Shown: positions 45,646 through 57,800, counted from the first letter of the stretch. The stretch is DNA of 64,000 bases from Escherichia coli (GCF_050920415.1 NZ_CP169309.1), one strand, 5' to 3'. Notes: a model not told the origin generated them from the letters alone. A program made the numbers and translations.

Positions 45646-46039
45646 GGGACTCCTCCTCGAGCAGTTGCCGATCGTTTGCCAGCTCATGGCGCGTATGGCG
45701 CAGTAAGGTGGATTTACGCGATTTACGTAACGTCCAGATACCGCCAATGAGTGCCAGTAGCAGCAACACCACGGTGGTGGCAATCATCGCATTCAGGCGA
45801 TATTGCGGATCAACCGCCCAGATAATCAGCACCATCAGGCTCATAAGACCAAATGCAGCGAAAAGCATCGTCAGGCCCAGCATCAGTAAAAGCTGAAAGA
45901 GATTGGCTTTTTCCTCTTCCAGCTCCACCACCGCCAGCCGCAGACGTGTCTCCACCATTTCAACCATGATGGAAACAATTCGCTGCCCGATGCCCAGAAC
46001 GCTTTTACCGGGCCCTTGCGCGTGATGAGTGTCCGCCAT
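45635..46039 (-). CDS. yqjE: Inner membrane protein YqjE (DUF1469)
   Basis: ORF 45635..46108 trimmed to MADTHHAQGPGKSVLG... Confidence 0.85.
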   Translation of the reverse strand: MADTHHAQGPGKSVLGIGQRIVSIMVEMVETRLRLAVVELEEEKANLFQLLLMLGLTMLFAAFGLMSLMVLIIWAVDPQYRLNAMIATTVVLLLLALIGGIWTLRKSRKSTLLRHTRHELANDRQLLEEESREQ

Positions 46040-46041
46040 AA

Positions 46042-46347
46042 TTAACGACGCGACAGCAGAACGCCGAGCACTACACCGATTGCAGCGCCAATGCCCACGC
46101 CCGTCCATGGATTTTCACGCACATACTCATCGGCACGCGCCGCCGCGACACGGGTTTGTTTGGCAATGGCATCACCGGTTTCACCCAGGCGATAACGGCT
46201 CTGTTTCAGTGCCTGCTCCGCTTTGCTACGAATCTTACTCAACTCTTCTTTCGACTTCTCGCCAGATGAGCTAAGCACCTCTTCCAGCGTATCGGAAAGG
46301 GATTTCAACTCAGCACGCAGATGTTCCGTAGTGTGTTCTTTCGACAT
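46042..46347 (-). CDS. yqjD: Ribosome-associated membrane-anchored protein YqjD (DUF883, ElaB family)
   Basis: 101-aa ORF with C-terminal transmembrane segment. Confidence 0.88.
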   Translation of the reverse strand: MSKEHTTEHLRAELKSLSDTLEEVLSSSGEKSKEELSKIRSKAEQALKQSRYRLGETGDAIAKQTRVAAARADEYVRENPWTGVGIGAAIGVVLGVLLSRR

Positions 46348-46384
46348 AGTTTTCTCCAGGTGAGTAAGTAGTGACTATTGTGAG

Positions 46385-46753
46385 TTAGTAGTCGCGCGCT
46401 TCCAGCTTTTTCAGCTCTTCCTGCGCTTCTGCCAGTTTCCGTTCGCGTTTGGCAATCTTATCGGCATCGCCTTTTTGCTTCGCCTCGGCTAAATCTTGCT
46501 GGCGTTCCGCCACCTCATCTTTCTGCTTTGCGATTTTCTTCTGATGATCGGCACGCAGCTGGCTATCTGAACAGTTGGCCCGGACTTCACTCAGGGCTTT
46601 ATTCAGACCGTCAATACGATTCTGGTTTTGGTGTTTTTCGGCATAGCTGATCTCCTTAAGGATATTTTGCTCCTTTTCCTGACACAGGGTAGTGGCATAA
46701 CTACCGGTACTAAGAGCAAAAAGAGAAACAGCTAAAGCGATGCGGTATTTCAT
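46385..46753 (-). CDS. yqjC: Periplasmic protein YqjC (DUF1090)
   Basis: ORF 46385..46768 trimmed to MKYRIALAVSLFALSTGSYA signal peptide. Confidence 0.85.
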   Translation of the reverse strand: MKYRIALAVSLFALSTGSYATTLCQEKEQNILKEISYAEKHQNQNRIDGLNKALSEVRANCSDSQLRADHQKKIAKQKDEVAERQQDLAEAKQKGDADKIAKRERKLAEAQEELKKLEARDY

Positions 46754-46899
46754 TCTTGAACCTTCCATTGTGATTCGGACCTATTACAAAGGAACGATTG
46801 TCCAGACAACGAAGCGGTAGTGTTAACCACCGCCTCATTAATCATAGACAGTTACGGTGAAATCACCAAAGTGAGTGATCTGTTTCGGATAACAGGAAG

Positions 46900-47283
46900 T
46901 TATCCGAAGCGATGAGAGTTATCCCGCAATCGGGTTAGCCATTGCATAGCCTGACTATTATTGTCCTGCTGCGCAATGATGTAGCCATGGGGCAATGTTC
47001 TGTCGAGAACCGCTTTTGCTGCGGCACTCTGGTCGCTGGAGTCAAACGTAATTAACAGAGTGTCGTTTTTAGGGGTGATGCTTTTGAAGGGGATGCCGTG
47101 AGCGTCAAGGTGATGCCAGATTGAAAAACCGTCTGGCATCGTTGTGCCTTGATGAACGGCACGAATCGCCAGCGTAGACTCTTGCTGGCGAACCGCGGAC
47201 CAGGCCAGCAACAGCGTGCCGACCAGAAGTAAAACAGCGCCGGACCAGGTTAGCTGGCGAAGCGACATGCGAGGTATTTGCAT
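46900..47283 (-). CDS. mzrA: Modulator of EnvZ/OmpR regulon MzrA (YqjB)
   Basis: 127-aa ORF with N-terminal transmembrane anchor. Confidence 0.85.
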   Translation of the reverse strand: MQIPRMSLRQLTWSGAVLLLVGTLLLAWSAVRQQESTLAIRAVHQGTTMPDGFSIWHHLDAHGIPFKSITPKNDTLLITFDSSDQSAAAKAVLDRTLPHGYIIAQQDNNSQAMQWLTRLRDNSHRFG

Positions 47284-47286
47284 CCC

Positions 47287-47949
47287 TTACCCCCGATTTC
47301 CATATTTCTTTTTCCATAACACGACCAGAGAACCTGCCAGGCCAAACACCAGCAGCACCACCGGGAGCAGCATCAGGCATGACATCAGCTGGTCCTCGTA
47401 CTTTAAAAATACCGGCGTTTTGCCGAGCATGTAACCCAGAGTTGTCAGGATTAATACCCACAGCAGACCGCTCATCCAGTTGAAGAACTGAAAGCGCGCG
47501 TTATTCAGCCCTGATAACCCGGCAATCGTCGGCAGCAGTGTTCTGACAAACGCAATAAAGCGACCAATTAACAGCGCCGATAAACCGTGTTTATGAAAAA
47601 GATGGTGTGCGCGTTGATGATAATGCGCGGGTAAATGAGATAGCCAGTTTTGTACGGTGCGGGTATTGCCCAGCCATCGCCCCTGAATATAGCTGACCCA
47701 GCAGCCGAGGCTGGCGGCAACGGTCAGTAGCAGAATCGTTTGCGGATAGCCCATCGCGCCTTTCGCAATCAATACGCCGACCAACACCAGTAAACTGTCG
47801 CCCGGTAAAAAGGCCGCCGGAAGCAAGCCGTTTTCAAGGAACAAAATTACAAATAAAACAAAATAGAGCATGCCAATCATCGACGGATTGGCCAGGGTTT
47901 CAAAATCCTGCGCCCACAGGGCTTGCAGCAATTGGGTCAAAAGTTCCAT
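47287..47949 (-). CDS. yqjA: DedA-family inner membrane protein YqjA
   Basis: 220-aa multi-pass ORF. Confidence 0.9.
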   Translation of the reverse strand: MELLTQLLQALWAQDFETLANPSMIGMLYFVLFVILFLENGLLPAAFLPGDSLLVLVGVLIAKGAMGYPQTILLLTVAASLGCWVSYIQGRWLGNTRTVQNWLSHLPAHYHQRAHHLFHKHGLSALLIGRFIAFVRTLLPTIAGLSGLNNARFQFFNWMSGLLWVLILTTLGYMLGKTPVFLKYEDQLMSCLMLLPVVLLVFGLAGSLVVLWKKKYGNRG

Positions 47950-48293
47950 TCATTATTCCTGGTGAATCGGTTAACGCCACGCTGGTTTTAAAAGATGCAC
48001 TACCGCAATGTTATTGCTGTTTTGGTATGTTCTGCGGGTTTGATACATCAACACAGCCTGAACTATTCCCTGTTAAATCGTGAGATAAGAAAGCATTCAA
48101 AAGCATAAATTCAAATTGAATCTAATTGTAACAAAGGTCAACGTTGTTCGTTATCAAAATTACATGTCCGTGGAGTCTGATTTTGCTGAATGCAGGGGAG
48201 GGTGGCGAGAGGATTTACACAGGCTGACACTTTATACTTTTCGCTTACCGACGAGGCAAACAGGCGCGTCGTTGCGCCTGCCGAATGGGGATT

Positions 48294-49070
48294 TCATTTG
48301 CTGCCGCTGGTGGCCGTATCAAGATGCACAACGGGATTTTCGGCGAACAGATAGCGGTCGGCATTGAACTCGAAATCGTCGCTGGTTTCGTTAAATAACA
48401 TGATCTTGGTGTTTTCCAGATGCTGCCACATTGCCAGCTTCGCGGCATGGGGATCTTTACGAATTAACGCTTTGAGGATCTGATCGTGGTCATCGCACCA
48501 GTTATCGACAGTACGGGCATCAATATGCTCGTGCAGTTTTTTCCAGTATGGGTTATGGCTACGTTGGGTCCACATTTTTTCAACGATGGCTGCCAGGGCG
48601 GAGTTCTGCGTCGCCAGGGCAACCTGAATATGGAACTGCAAATCCCACTCGGAATCACGGAAGCATTGTTCGCCGCGCGCCTGCTCCTGGATGGCCATCA
48701 GTTTCATGATGTCCTGTTTGGTTACCTGGGTCGCTGCGAACTCGGCAATATTACTTTCGATGAGCTGACGTGCCTGAAGCAGCTCAAACGGACCGTAATT
48801 GGCGAATTCCATATTAGTGTCAGCTGATTGCTGATGGCGCGGCTGGTTGGAAACCACATGAATACCCGAGCCTTTACGCACCTCCACATAGCCTTCAACT
48901 TCAAGCATGATGATGGCTTCACGAACCACGGTGCGACTGACGTTCTTTTCATCGGCAATAAAGCGTTCAGCAGGCAGTTTATCACCCACCAGATAGACGC
49001 CCTGTTCGATGCGCTCTTTCAGATCAGCGGCAAGTTGTTGATACAAACGGCGTGGTTCAGTGATTTCCAT
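48294..49070 (-). CDS. exuR: GntR-family hexuronate regulon repressor ExuR
   Basis: ORF 48294..49085 trimmed to [13 protein letters not shown]...; GntR HTH plus FCD domain. Confidence 0.9.
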   Translation of the reverse strand: MEITEPRRLYQQLAADLKERIEQGVYLVGDKLPAERFIADEKNVSRTVVREAIIMLEVEGYVEVRKGSGIHVVSNQPRHQQSADTNMEFANYGPFELLQARQLIESNIAEFAATQVTKQDIMKLMAIQEQARGEQCFRDSEWDLQFHIQVALATQNSALAAIVEKMWTQRSHNPYWKKLHEHIDARTVDNWCDDHDQILKALIRKDPHAAKLAMWQHLENTKIMLFNETSDDFEFNADRYLFAENPVVHLDTATSGSK

Positions 49071-49199
49071 ATGCGCTCCAGGCATGATACGGCAGACTAT
49101 ATTTGTTATACCACTTTTGCGAGTTTAGCTCTACTCGCAGTGATGAAAAAGCCGCCTGAGAAGGCGGCTTTGAAGGGAAACTAAAACTTACACGAAGCC
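49071..49199 (-). promoter_or_regulatory. exuT-exuR intergenic region (exuR promoter, exuT terminator), copy A
   Basis: 129-bp intergenic region directly upstream of the intact exuR. Confidence 0.6.
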
Positions 49200-49405
49200 T
49201 TAATGTTGCGGTGCGGGATCGTTATGTGATTCCTGCGCCACCTCAATCGCCGGTTTGTGCAACACAGTCCAGATACCAGCGCACCCAGCAGGTCGAATAC
49301 TGCCAGAACTGCGAACAGCGGGCTGAAGCCGATGGTGTTGCACCGACTACCAGTGCAAACAGCGTACTTGCCAGCCATGCGGACATCCCGGTGAAATCGT
49401 TATCT
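49200..49405 (-). pseudogene. Degraded duplicate of the exuT 3' end (frameshifted fragment)
   Basis: Encodes ...TIGFSPLFAVLAVFDLLGAL matching the ExuT C-terminus, then frameshifted; no start codon or upstream part of the gene. Confidence 0.8.
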
Positions 49406-49465
49406 GCGCTCTTTCAGATCAGCGGCAAGTTGTTGATACAAACGGCGTGGTTCAGTGATTTCCAT
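49400..49465 (-). other. Truncated duplicate of the exuR 5' end: 21-codon [24 protein letters not shown] ending at a TAA created at the duplication junction
   Basis: Identical to exuR codons 1-20, then AGA TAA across the junction at 49405/49406. Confidence 0.75.
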
Positions 49466-49594
49466 ATGCGCTCCAGGCATGATACGGCAGACTATATTTG
49501 TTATACCACTTTTGCGAGTTTAGCTCTACTCGCAGTGATGAAAAAGCCGCCTGAGAAGGCGGCTTTGAAGGGAAACTAAAACTTACACGAAGCC
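49466..49594 (-). promoter_or_regulatory. exuT-exuR intergenic region, copy B (second copy of the exuR promoter; functional exuT terminator)
   Basis: Identical to 49071..49199. Confidence 0.6.
49541..49563 (-). terminator. Rho-independent terminator of exuT (identical copy at 49146..49168)
   Basis: GCCGCC-TGAGAA-GGCGGC hairpin followed by T5 on the minus strand. Confidence 0.8.
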
Positions 49595-50893
49595 TTAATG
49601 TTGCGGTGCGGGATCGTTATGTGATTCCTGCGCCACCTCAATCGCCGGTTTGTTCTGCAACACAGTCCAGATAACCAGCGCACCCAGCAGGTCGAATACT
49701 GCCAGAACTGCGAACAGCGGGCTGAAGCCGATGGTGTCAGCCAGTGCACCGACTACCAGTGCAAACAGCGTACTTGCCAGCCATGCGGACATCCCGGTTA
49801 AACCGTTCGCCGTCGCCACTTCGTTACGACCGAACACGTCAGAAGAGAGCGTAATCAGTGCGCCAGACAGGGCCTGGTGAGCAAAACCACCGATACACAG
49901 CAGCATAATCGCGACATACGGGTTAGTGAACAGACCGATCATCCCTGGGCCAATCATCAGCACCGCACCCAGCGTTACTACCATCTTACGGGAAACGATC
50001 AGGTTCACGCCAAACCAACGCTGGAACAGCGGCGGCAGGTAACCACCGAGGATACAACCAAGGTCAGCAAACAGCATCGGCATCCAGGCGAACATCGCGA
50101 TCTCTTTCAGGTTAAAGCCGTAAACTTTAAACATGAACAGCGGGATCCACGCGTTAAAAGTACCCCAGGCAGGTTCAGCCAGGAAACGCGGTAGCGCGAT
50201 ACCCCAGAACTGACGGTTACGCAGGATCTGACCAACGGACATTTTCTTCGCTGTGTCAACCTGGTGCTGGGCTTCCTGACCATTAATAATGTAGTCACGT
50301 TCTTCATCGGTCAGATGTTTCTGGTCGCGCGGATGCTTGTAGAAAATCAGCCATGCCATCGCCCAGATAAAGCTCAGCGCACCGGAGATGATAAATGCCA
50401 TCTGCCAGCTGTGCATCACGATTGCCCATACCACCAGCGGCGGCGCAATCATCGCACCAATCGAAGAACCTACGTTAAAGTAGCCGACCGCGATGGAACG
50501 CTCTTTTGCCGGGAACCATTCGGAACTGGCTTTCAGACCCGCCGGGATCATCGCCGCCTCTGCAGCACCTACCGCACCACGAGCAACCGCCAGGCCACCC
50601 CAGCTACCTGCCAGCGCGGTTGCGCCACAGAACACAGCCCACAGTACAGCAAACATTGCGTAACCGATTTTCGTACCCAGCACATCCAGTACATAACCTG
50701 CTACCGGTTGCATGACCGTATAAGCAGCAGAATAGGCTGCGATGATATAGGAATACTGTTGGGTGGAGATGTTTAACTCTTCCATCAGAGTTGGCGCAGC
50801 TGCCGCCACAGTGTTACGCGTCAGGTAACCAAGCACGGTGCCGAGCGTCACCAGTGCGATCATATACCAACGTAACCCTTTAATTTTACGCAT
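49595..50893 (-). CDS. exuT: Hexuronate (glucuronate/galacturonate) MFS transporter ExuT
   Basis: ORF 49595..51013 trimmed to MRKIKGLRWYMIALV... ATG at 50893. Confidence 0.9.
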   Translation of the reverse strand: MRKIKGLRWYMIALVTLGTVLGYLTRNTVAAAAPTLMEELNISTQQYSYIIAAYSAAYTVMQPVAGYVLDVLGTKIGYAMFAVLWAVFCGATALAGSWGGLAVARGAVGAAEAAMIPAGLKASSEWFPAKERSIAVGYFNVGSSIGAMIAPPLVVWAIVMHSWQMAFIISGALSFIWAMAWLIFYKHPRDQKHLTDEERDYIINGQEAQHQVDTAKKMSVGQILRNRQFWGIALPRFLAEPAWGTFNAWIPLFMFKVYGFNLKEIAMFAWMPMLFADLGCILGGYLPPLFQRWFGVNLIVSRKMVVTLGAVLMIGPGMIGLFTNPYVAIMLLCIGGFAHQALSGALITLSSDVFGRNEVATANGLTGMSAWLASTLFALVVGALADTIGFSPLFAVLAVFDLLGALVIWTVLQNKPAIEVAQESHNDPAPQH

Positions 50894-52788
<1,895 letters not shown>

Positions 52789-52802
52789 GGTCTGGGGTTG
52801 AT

Positions 52803-54290
52803 ATGCAATACATCAAGATCCATGCGCTGGATAACGTCGCGGTTGCTTTAGCAGATTTGGCGGAAGGCACAGAAGTCAGTGTCGATAACCAAACTGTCAC
52901 GCTGCGCCAGGATGTTGCTCGTGGACATAAATTTGCGTTAACGGATATCGCAAAAGGGGCCAACGTCATTAAATATGGCCTGCCGATTGGTTATGCATTG
53001 GCGGATATTGCGGCGGGGGAACACGTTCACGCCCACAATACGCGCACGAATCTCAGCGATCTGGATCAGTATCGCTATCAACCTGATTTTCAGGATCTGC
53101 CTGCGCAAGCGGCAGATCGTGAAGTGCAGATCTATCGTCGCGCTAACGGCGATGTCGGGGTGCGTAATGAGCTGTGGATCCTGCCAACCGTGGGTTGTGT
53201 TAACGGCATCGCGCGGCAGATCCAGAACCGTTTCCTGAAAGAGACCAACAACGCCGAAGGTACTGACGGCGTGTTCCTCTTCAGCCACACCTACGGCTGC
53301 TCGCAGCTGGGCGACGATCACATCAATACCCGCACCATGCTGCAAAATATGGTGCGCCACCCGAACGCGGGCGCAGTGCTGGTGATTGGCCTGGGTTGTG
53401 AAAACAACCAGGTTGCCGCATTCCGTGAAACGCTGGGCGATATCGATCCTGAACGCGTTCATTTCATGATCTGCCAACAGCAGGATGATGAGATCGAAGC
53501 CGGGATCGCGCATTTGCATCAGTTGTATAACGTAATGCGCAACGACAAACGTGAGCCGGGCAAACTCAGCGAACTGAAGTTTGGTCTGGAATGCGGTGGT
53601 TCTGACGGTCTTTCTGGTATTACTGCTAACCCAATGCTGGGGCGTTTCTCTGATTACGTCATTGCTAACGGCGGCACTACCGTACTGACCGAAGTGCCGG
53701 AGATGTTCGGCGCAGAGCAGTTGCTGATGGACCATTGTCGTGACGAAGCAACGTTTGAAAAACTGGTCACTATGGTCAACGACTTCAAGCAGTACTTTAT
53801 TGCCCATGACCAGCCTATCTACGAAAACCCATCGCCGGGGAACAAAGCGGGCGGTATCACCACGCTGGAAGACAAATCACTTGGCTGTACCCAGAAAGCG
53901 GGTTCCAGCGTCGTGGTTGACGTGCTGCGTTACGGCGAGCGTCTGAAAACGCCGGGGCTGAACTTGTTAAGTGCGCCGGGTAACGATGCCGTAGCGACCA
54001 GCGCCCTGGCGGGTGCGGGCTGCCATATGGTGCTGTTCAGTACTGGTCGTGGCACGCCGTATGGTGGATTTGTGCCGACGGTGAAAATCGCCACCAACAG
54101 TGAACTGGCGGCGAAGAAAAAACACTGGATCGACTTTGACGCGGGTCAGCTGATCCACGGTAAAGCGATGCCGCAGTTGCTGGAAGAATTTATCGACACC
54201 ATCGTTGAGTTTGCCAACGGTAAGCAAACCTGCAACGAGCGTAACGACTTCCGCGAACTGGCGATCTTTAAAAGCGGCGTAACGCTATAA
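52803..54290 (+). CDS. uxaA: Altronate dehydratase UxaA
   Basis: 495-aa ORF, SAF plus dehydratase domains, paralogous to GarD. Confidence 0.92.
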   Translation: MQYIKIHALDNVAVALADLAEGTEVSVDNQTVTLRQDVARGHKFALTDIAKGANVIKYGLPIGYALADIAAGEHVHAHNTRTNLSDLDQYRYQPDFQDLPAQAADREVQIYRRANGDVGVRNELWILPTVGCVNGIARQIQNRFLKETNNAEGTDGVFLFSHTYGCSQLGDDHINTRTMLQNMVRHPNAGAVLVIGLGCENNQVAAFRETLGDIDPERVHFMICQQQDDEIEAGIAHLHQLYNVMRNDKREPGKLSELKFGLECGGSDGLSGITANPMLGRFSDYVIANGGTTVLTEVPEMFGAEQLLMDHCRDEATFEKLVTMVNDFKQYFIAHDQPIYENPSPGNKAGGITTLEDKSLGCTQKAGSSVVVDVLRYGERLKTPGLNLLSAPGNDAVATSALAGAGCHMVLFSTGRGTPYGGFVPTVKIATNSELAAKKKHWIDFDAGQLIHGKAMPQLLEEFIDTIVEFANGKQTCNERNDFRELAIFKSGVTL

Positions 54291-54314
54291 AGTCGAAATG
54301 AGTTGTTAATAAAA

Positions 54315-54347
54315 AACGGCGTTTCATAATGTGAAGCGCCGTTTGCT
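54315..54347 (+). terminator. Putative terminator after uxaA
   Basis: Imperfect hairpin AACGGCGTTTC...GAAGCGCCGTT followed by TGCTTTT. Confidence 0.5.
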
Positions 54348-54372
54348 TTTCCATACCTGCTAAGGATTTATC

Positions 54373-54924
54373 ATGACCGCGTATTGGCTGGCCCAGGGCG
54401 TGGGTGTCATCGCCTTTCTGATTGGTATCACAACATTTTTCAATCGTGACGAACGTCGCTTCAAAAAGCAGCTTTCGGTCTATAGCGCCGTTATTGGCGT
54501 GCATTTTTTTCTTATGGGCACCTATCCCGCTGGTGCCAGTGCCATTCTTAATGCCATTCGTACGCTGATTACCTTACGCACGCGCAGCTTATGGATAATG
54601 GCGATCTTCATCGTGCTGACGGGAGGAGTTGGCCTGGCGAAGTTCCATCATCCCATGGAGCTGCTGCCGGTTATCGGCACGATTGTCAGTACCTGGGCGC
54701 TGTTCCGTTGTAAAGGGCTGACCATGCGCTGCGTGATGTGGTTTTCTACTTGTTGCTGGTTAACTCACAACATTTGGGCCGGGTCGATTGGTGGCACAAT
54801 GATTGAAGGCAGTTTTCTGCTGATGAATGGCCTGAATATCATTCGTTTTTGGCGTATGCAGAGAAGGGGAATTGATCCGTTTAAAGTGGAGAAAACCCCT
54901 TCCGCCGTAGACGAAAGGGGCTAA
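54373..54924 (+). CDS. ygjV: Inner membrane protein YgjV
   Basis: 183-aa hydrophobic ORF; stop lies 3 bp from the convergent sstT stop. Confidence 0.85.
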   Translation: MTAYWLAQGVGVIAFLIGITTFFNRDERRFKKQLSVYSAVIGVHFFLMGTYPAGASAILNAIRTLITLRTRSLWIMAIFIVLTGGVGLAKFHHPMELLPVIGTIVSTWALFRCKGLTMRCVMWFSTCCWLTHNIWAGSIGGTMIEGSFLLMNGLNIIRFWRMQRRGIDPFKVEKTPSAVDERG

Positions 54925-54927
54925 GTA

Positions 54928-56172
54928 TTAGTTACGCAGGGCGCTATTTGCCAGACGATCGTCTTCCGCCTGGCAAGCTGCTGCAGTGAACAGCACGTCA
55001 GTTGAAGAGTTCAGCGCGGTTTCGCAAGAGTCCTGCAATACGCCGATGATAAAGCCGACGGCAACCACCTGCATGGCGATATCGTTCGAAATACCGAACA
55101 TATTACAGGCCAGCGGGATCAGCAGCAGAGAACCACCTGCCACGCCGGACGCACCACAGGCGCACAGAGAAGCCACTACGCTCAACAGCAGCGCCGTTGG
55201 TAGATCCACCGGAATACCCAGCGTATTAACCGCAGCCAGCGTCAACACGGTAATGGTGATTGCTGCGCCCGCCATATTGATCGTTGCACCTAGCGGAATA
55301 GAAACGGAATAGGTATCACGATCCAGATTCAGCTTTTCACACAGCGCCATATTCACCGGAATGTTCGCCGCAGAGCTGCGGGTGAAGAAGGCGTACACGC
55401 CGCTTTCGCGCAGGCACAGCAGCACCAGCGGGAACGGGTTACGACGAATTTTCCACCACACCAGCAATGGGTTAACCACCAGCGCCACCAGTAACATACA
55501 GCCAACCAGCACCACCAGCAGTTGCGCGTAGCCCCACAGTGTGGAGAAACCGGTGGTAGCCAGGGTAGAAGAAACCAACCCAAAAATACCGATCGGTGCG
55601 AAGCGAATGACCAGTTTCACCATAAAGGTGACGGCATTCGACATATCGTTGACCAGGTTTTTGGTGGTCTCGTTACCGTGACGCAGTGCGAAACCGAGGC
55701 CAATTGCCCACACCAGAATCCCGATGTAGTTACCTTTCAGCAGCGCGTCGATGGGGTTGGAAACCATGCTCATTACCAGCCCGCGCATCACTTCGACAAT
55801 GCCTGACGGCGGCGAAATATCACCCGCGCTACTGGACAAGTGCAGGGTAGAAGGGAAGGCAAAGCTGAAGACTACTGCGGCCAGAGCAGCAGAGAAGGTG
55901 CCCAGTAGATAGAGGAACAAAATAGGACGGATATTGGTTTTCTGCCCGTGCTGGTGGTTAGCAATAGACGCCATTACCAGCATCAACACCAGGATGGGGG
56001 CAACGGCTTTCAGTGCGCCGACGAACAAAGTACCTAACAGACCAACAGCTTCCGCCGCGGGTTTTGAGATCCATGCCAGAAGAATCCCCAGAACAAGGCC
56101 GACCAGGATTTGTTTTACCAGGCTGCCATGAGCCAGACGCCGGAATAGCCCCGGTGAACGTTGCGTAGTCAT
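54928..56172 (-). CDS. sstT: Na+-coupled serine/threonine transporter SstT
   Basis: 414-aa multi-pass ORF, DAACS family. Confidence 0.9.
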   Translation of the reverse strand: MTTQRSPGLFRRLAHGSLVKQILVGLVLGILLAWISKPAAEAVGLLGTLFVGALKAVAPILVLMLVMASIANHQHGQKTNIRPILFLYLLGTFSAALAAVVFSFAFPSTLHLSSSAGDISPPSGIVEVMRGLVMSMVSNPIDALLKGNYIGILVWAIGLGFALRHGNETTKNLVNDMSNAVTFMVKLVIRFAPIGIFGLVSSTLATTGFSTLWGYAQLLVVLVGCMLLVALVVNPLLVWWKIRRNPFPLVLLCLRESGVYAFFTRSSAANIPVNMALCEKLNLDRDTYSVSIPLGATINMAGAAITITVLTLAAVNTLGIPVDLPTALLLSVVASLCACGASGVAGGSLLLIPLACNMFGISNDIAMQVVAVGFIIGVLQDSCETALNSSTDVLFTAAACQAEDDRLANSALRN

Positions 56173-56641
56173 TTTTCGATCCTTTCATTGTGTTGTCGCA
56201 CATCCCTGGTGCGTTCTGTCGACGCATCTTTCAGGATGTAACAAAGTGTTTGCAAGGTCGAGTATAAGGAAAGTTACAGCTTCGGGAAGCGAAAAATGCT
56301 GGATTTTAAAGAGAGGTCATATTTTGCAACTTAATGGTTACATTTATTTGACATAAACAGAGGGAAGGACTGGCTGCTGAGACTGATTAGATAACATATA
56401 GGCAAAACTATTTGGCATATGAGAACTGTTGCGCTCCTGTGATGTACGATGCCACATAAAGTCACTGGCGCAGGGAGCGGCCAATCGCCGCTGCCCCGGC
56501 CTGCAGGGAACGCTTCGGTGATTTTGACGCCACTAACACCCAAGCGATCTTTTTGTAAAGAGCTATAAGTCGGTTACATACTTAATCGCTCATCTTTGTC
56601 TGGAAGGAGTTATCACCCGTAGTGGCTTAATATACAGCGAA

Positions 56642-57607
56642 TTATCCCACCCGCTGCTTATCATGCCGATAATTCACCCAGGCGTTGATAATAAACGTCA
56701 TCACCAGAATACCAAACACCACGCCCAGCGAAACGGCGATCGGAATATGGTAGAAATCGACAATCAGCATCTTGATACCGATAAACACCAGAATTACCGC
56801 CAGACCATATTTGAGCATCGAGAAACGTTCTGCTACGCCCGCCAACAGGAAATACATCGCACGCAGGCCGAGGATCGCAAACAGGTTTGAGGTCAGCACA
56901 ATAAACGGATCGGTGGTCACGGCGAAGATAGCCGGAATGCTATCCACGGCGAAAATCACGTCGCTCAACTCCACCAGAATCAGTACCAGCATCAGCGGCG
57001 TGGCATACAACAAACCATTCTTACGCACAAAGAAATGCTCGTTGTCGATGGTGTCGGTCATGCGCAAATGACCGCGCAGCCAGCGCACCAGCGGCTTGTC
57101 ACCAATACCTGATTCATCTTCATGAGCCAGCGCCATCTTCACGCCAGTAAACAGCAGGAAGGCACCGAAGATATACAGGATCCAGTCGAACTGCGAAATC
57201 AGCCAGCTGCCAGTGAAGATCATGATGGTACGCAGAACAATCGCCCCGAGTACGCCATACACGAGCACGCGGCGTTGTAATGCCGCCGGAACAGAGAAAT
57301 AGCTGAACAACATCAGCCAGACGAAGACGTTATCGACCGCCAGTGATTTCTCAATCAGATAACCGGTGAGAAACGCCAGTGCCTGCGGGTCCGCGACTTC
57401 GCGCCCCTGCGTCTGGACTAAATACCACCAGAAAGCGGCGTTAAACAGTAACGATAGCGTCACCCAGACCAGCGACCAGGCTGCAGCCTGTTTCATGGTC
57501 ATGGCATGCGCGCCACGACGCCCCTGCAACAACAGGTCGATAGCCAGCATAATGGCGACAACGACAGCGAATCCGCCCCATAGCAACGGCGTGCCGACAG
57601 TATTCAT
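56642..57607 (-). CDS. alx: TerC-family inner membrane protein Alx (YgjT)
   Basis: 321-aa multi-pass ORF. Confidence 0.9.
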   Translation of the reverse strand: MNTVGTPLLWGGFAVVVAIMLAIDLLLQGRRGAHAMTMKQAAAWSLVWVTLSLLFNAAFWWYLVQTQGREVADPQALAFLTGYLIEKSLAVDNVFVWLMLFSYFSVPAALQRRVLVYGVLGAIVLRTIMIFTGSWLISQFDWILYIFGAFLLFTGVKMALAHEDESGIGDKPLVRWLRGHLRMTDTIDNEHFFVRKNGLLYATPLMLVLILVELSDVIFAVDSIPAIFAVTTDPFIVLTSNLFAILGLRAMYFLLAGVAERFSMLKYGLAVILVFIGIKMLIVDFYHIPIAVSLGVVFGILVMTFIINAWVNYRHDKQRVG

Positions 57608-57800
57608 AGAAGTTCCTTACACATAAAAAAACGGCCAACGTCGGAAGACGTCAGCCGCTGCTTTTTATGCATAGACCTCGCCTTCCGGCAAGGTCTCACT
57701 TACAACAAAAAAGGAATACGTCTGCGTATTCCTTTCGGGTTGCCCGGTGACCGGATGTGGTTTTTCACACATCGTAATGACGATCGACCGGCAATGAAGT
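57608..57800 (-). promoter_or_regulatory. alx 5' leader (pH-responsive riboregulatory element region)
   Basis: Long structured leader with a stem-loop plus T7 immediately before the alx RBS and a second stem-loop GGAATACG-TCTG-CGTATTCC upstream; boundaries approximate. Confidence 0.5.

Larger units (their letters stand above)
49011..49811. repeat. Imperfect tandem duplication (copy A 49011..49405, copy B 49406..49811) spanning exuR 5' end, exuR promoter/exuT terminator and exuT 3' end
   Basis: Manual alignment: about 248 bp identical between the copies, then copy A shows deletions of 3, 1 and 7 bp plus about 5 substitutions close to the junction. Confidence 0.9.

Noticed and set aside
48116-48367. 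83-aa plus-strand ORF in the exuR-yqjA intergenic region
   Set aside because: It overlaps the exuR 3' end antisense, has no RBS, and a non-protein-like composition.
48828-49579. Two plus-strand ORFs (48828..49184 and 49211..49579) ending in the same 40-aa peptide ...[42 protein letters not shown]
   Set aside because: They are antisense read-throughs of exuR and the exuR promoter; the identical tails are just a by-product of the tandem duplication and were used only as evidence for it.
56173-56641. 469-bp gap between sstT and alx with a 70-aa minus-strand ORF (56331..56543); possible small protein or sRNA
   Set aside because: The ORF has no RBS and no recognisable motif, and I could not identify a convincing promoter-terminator pair; most likely the sstT promoter and 5' UTR.
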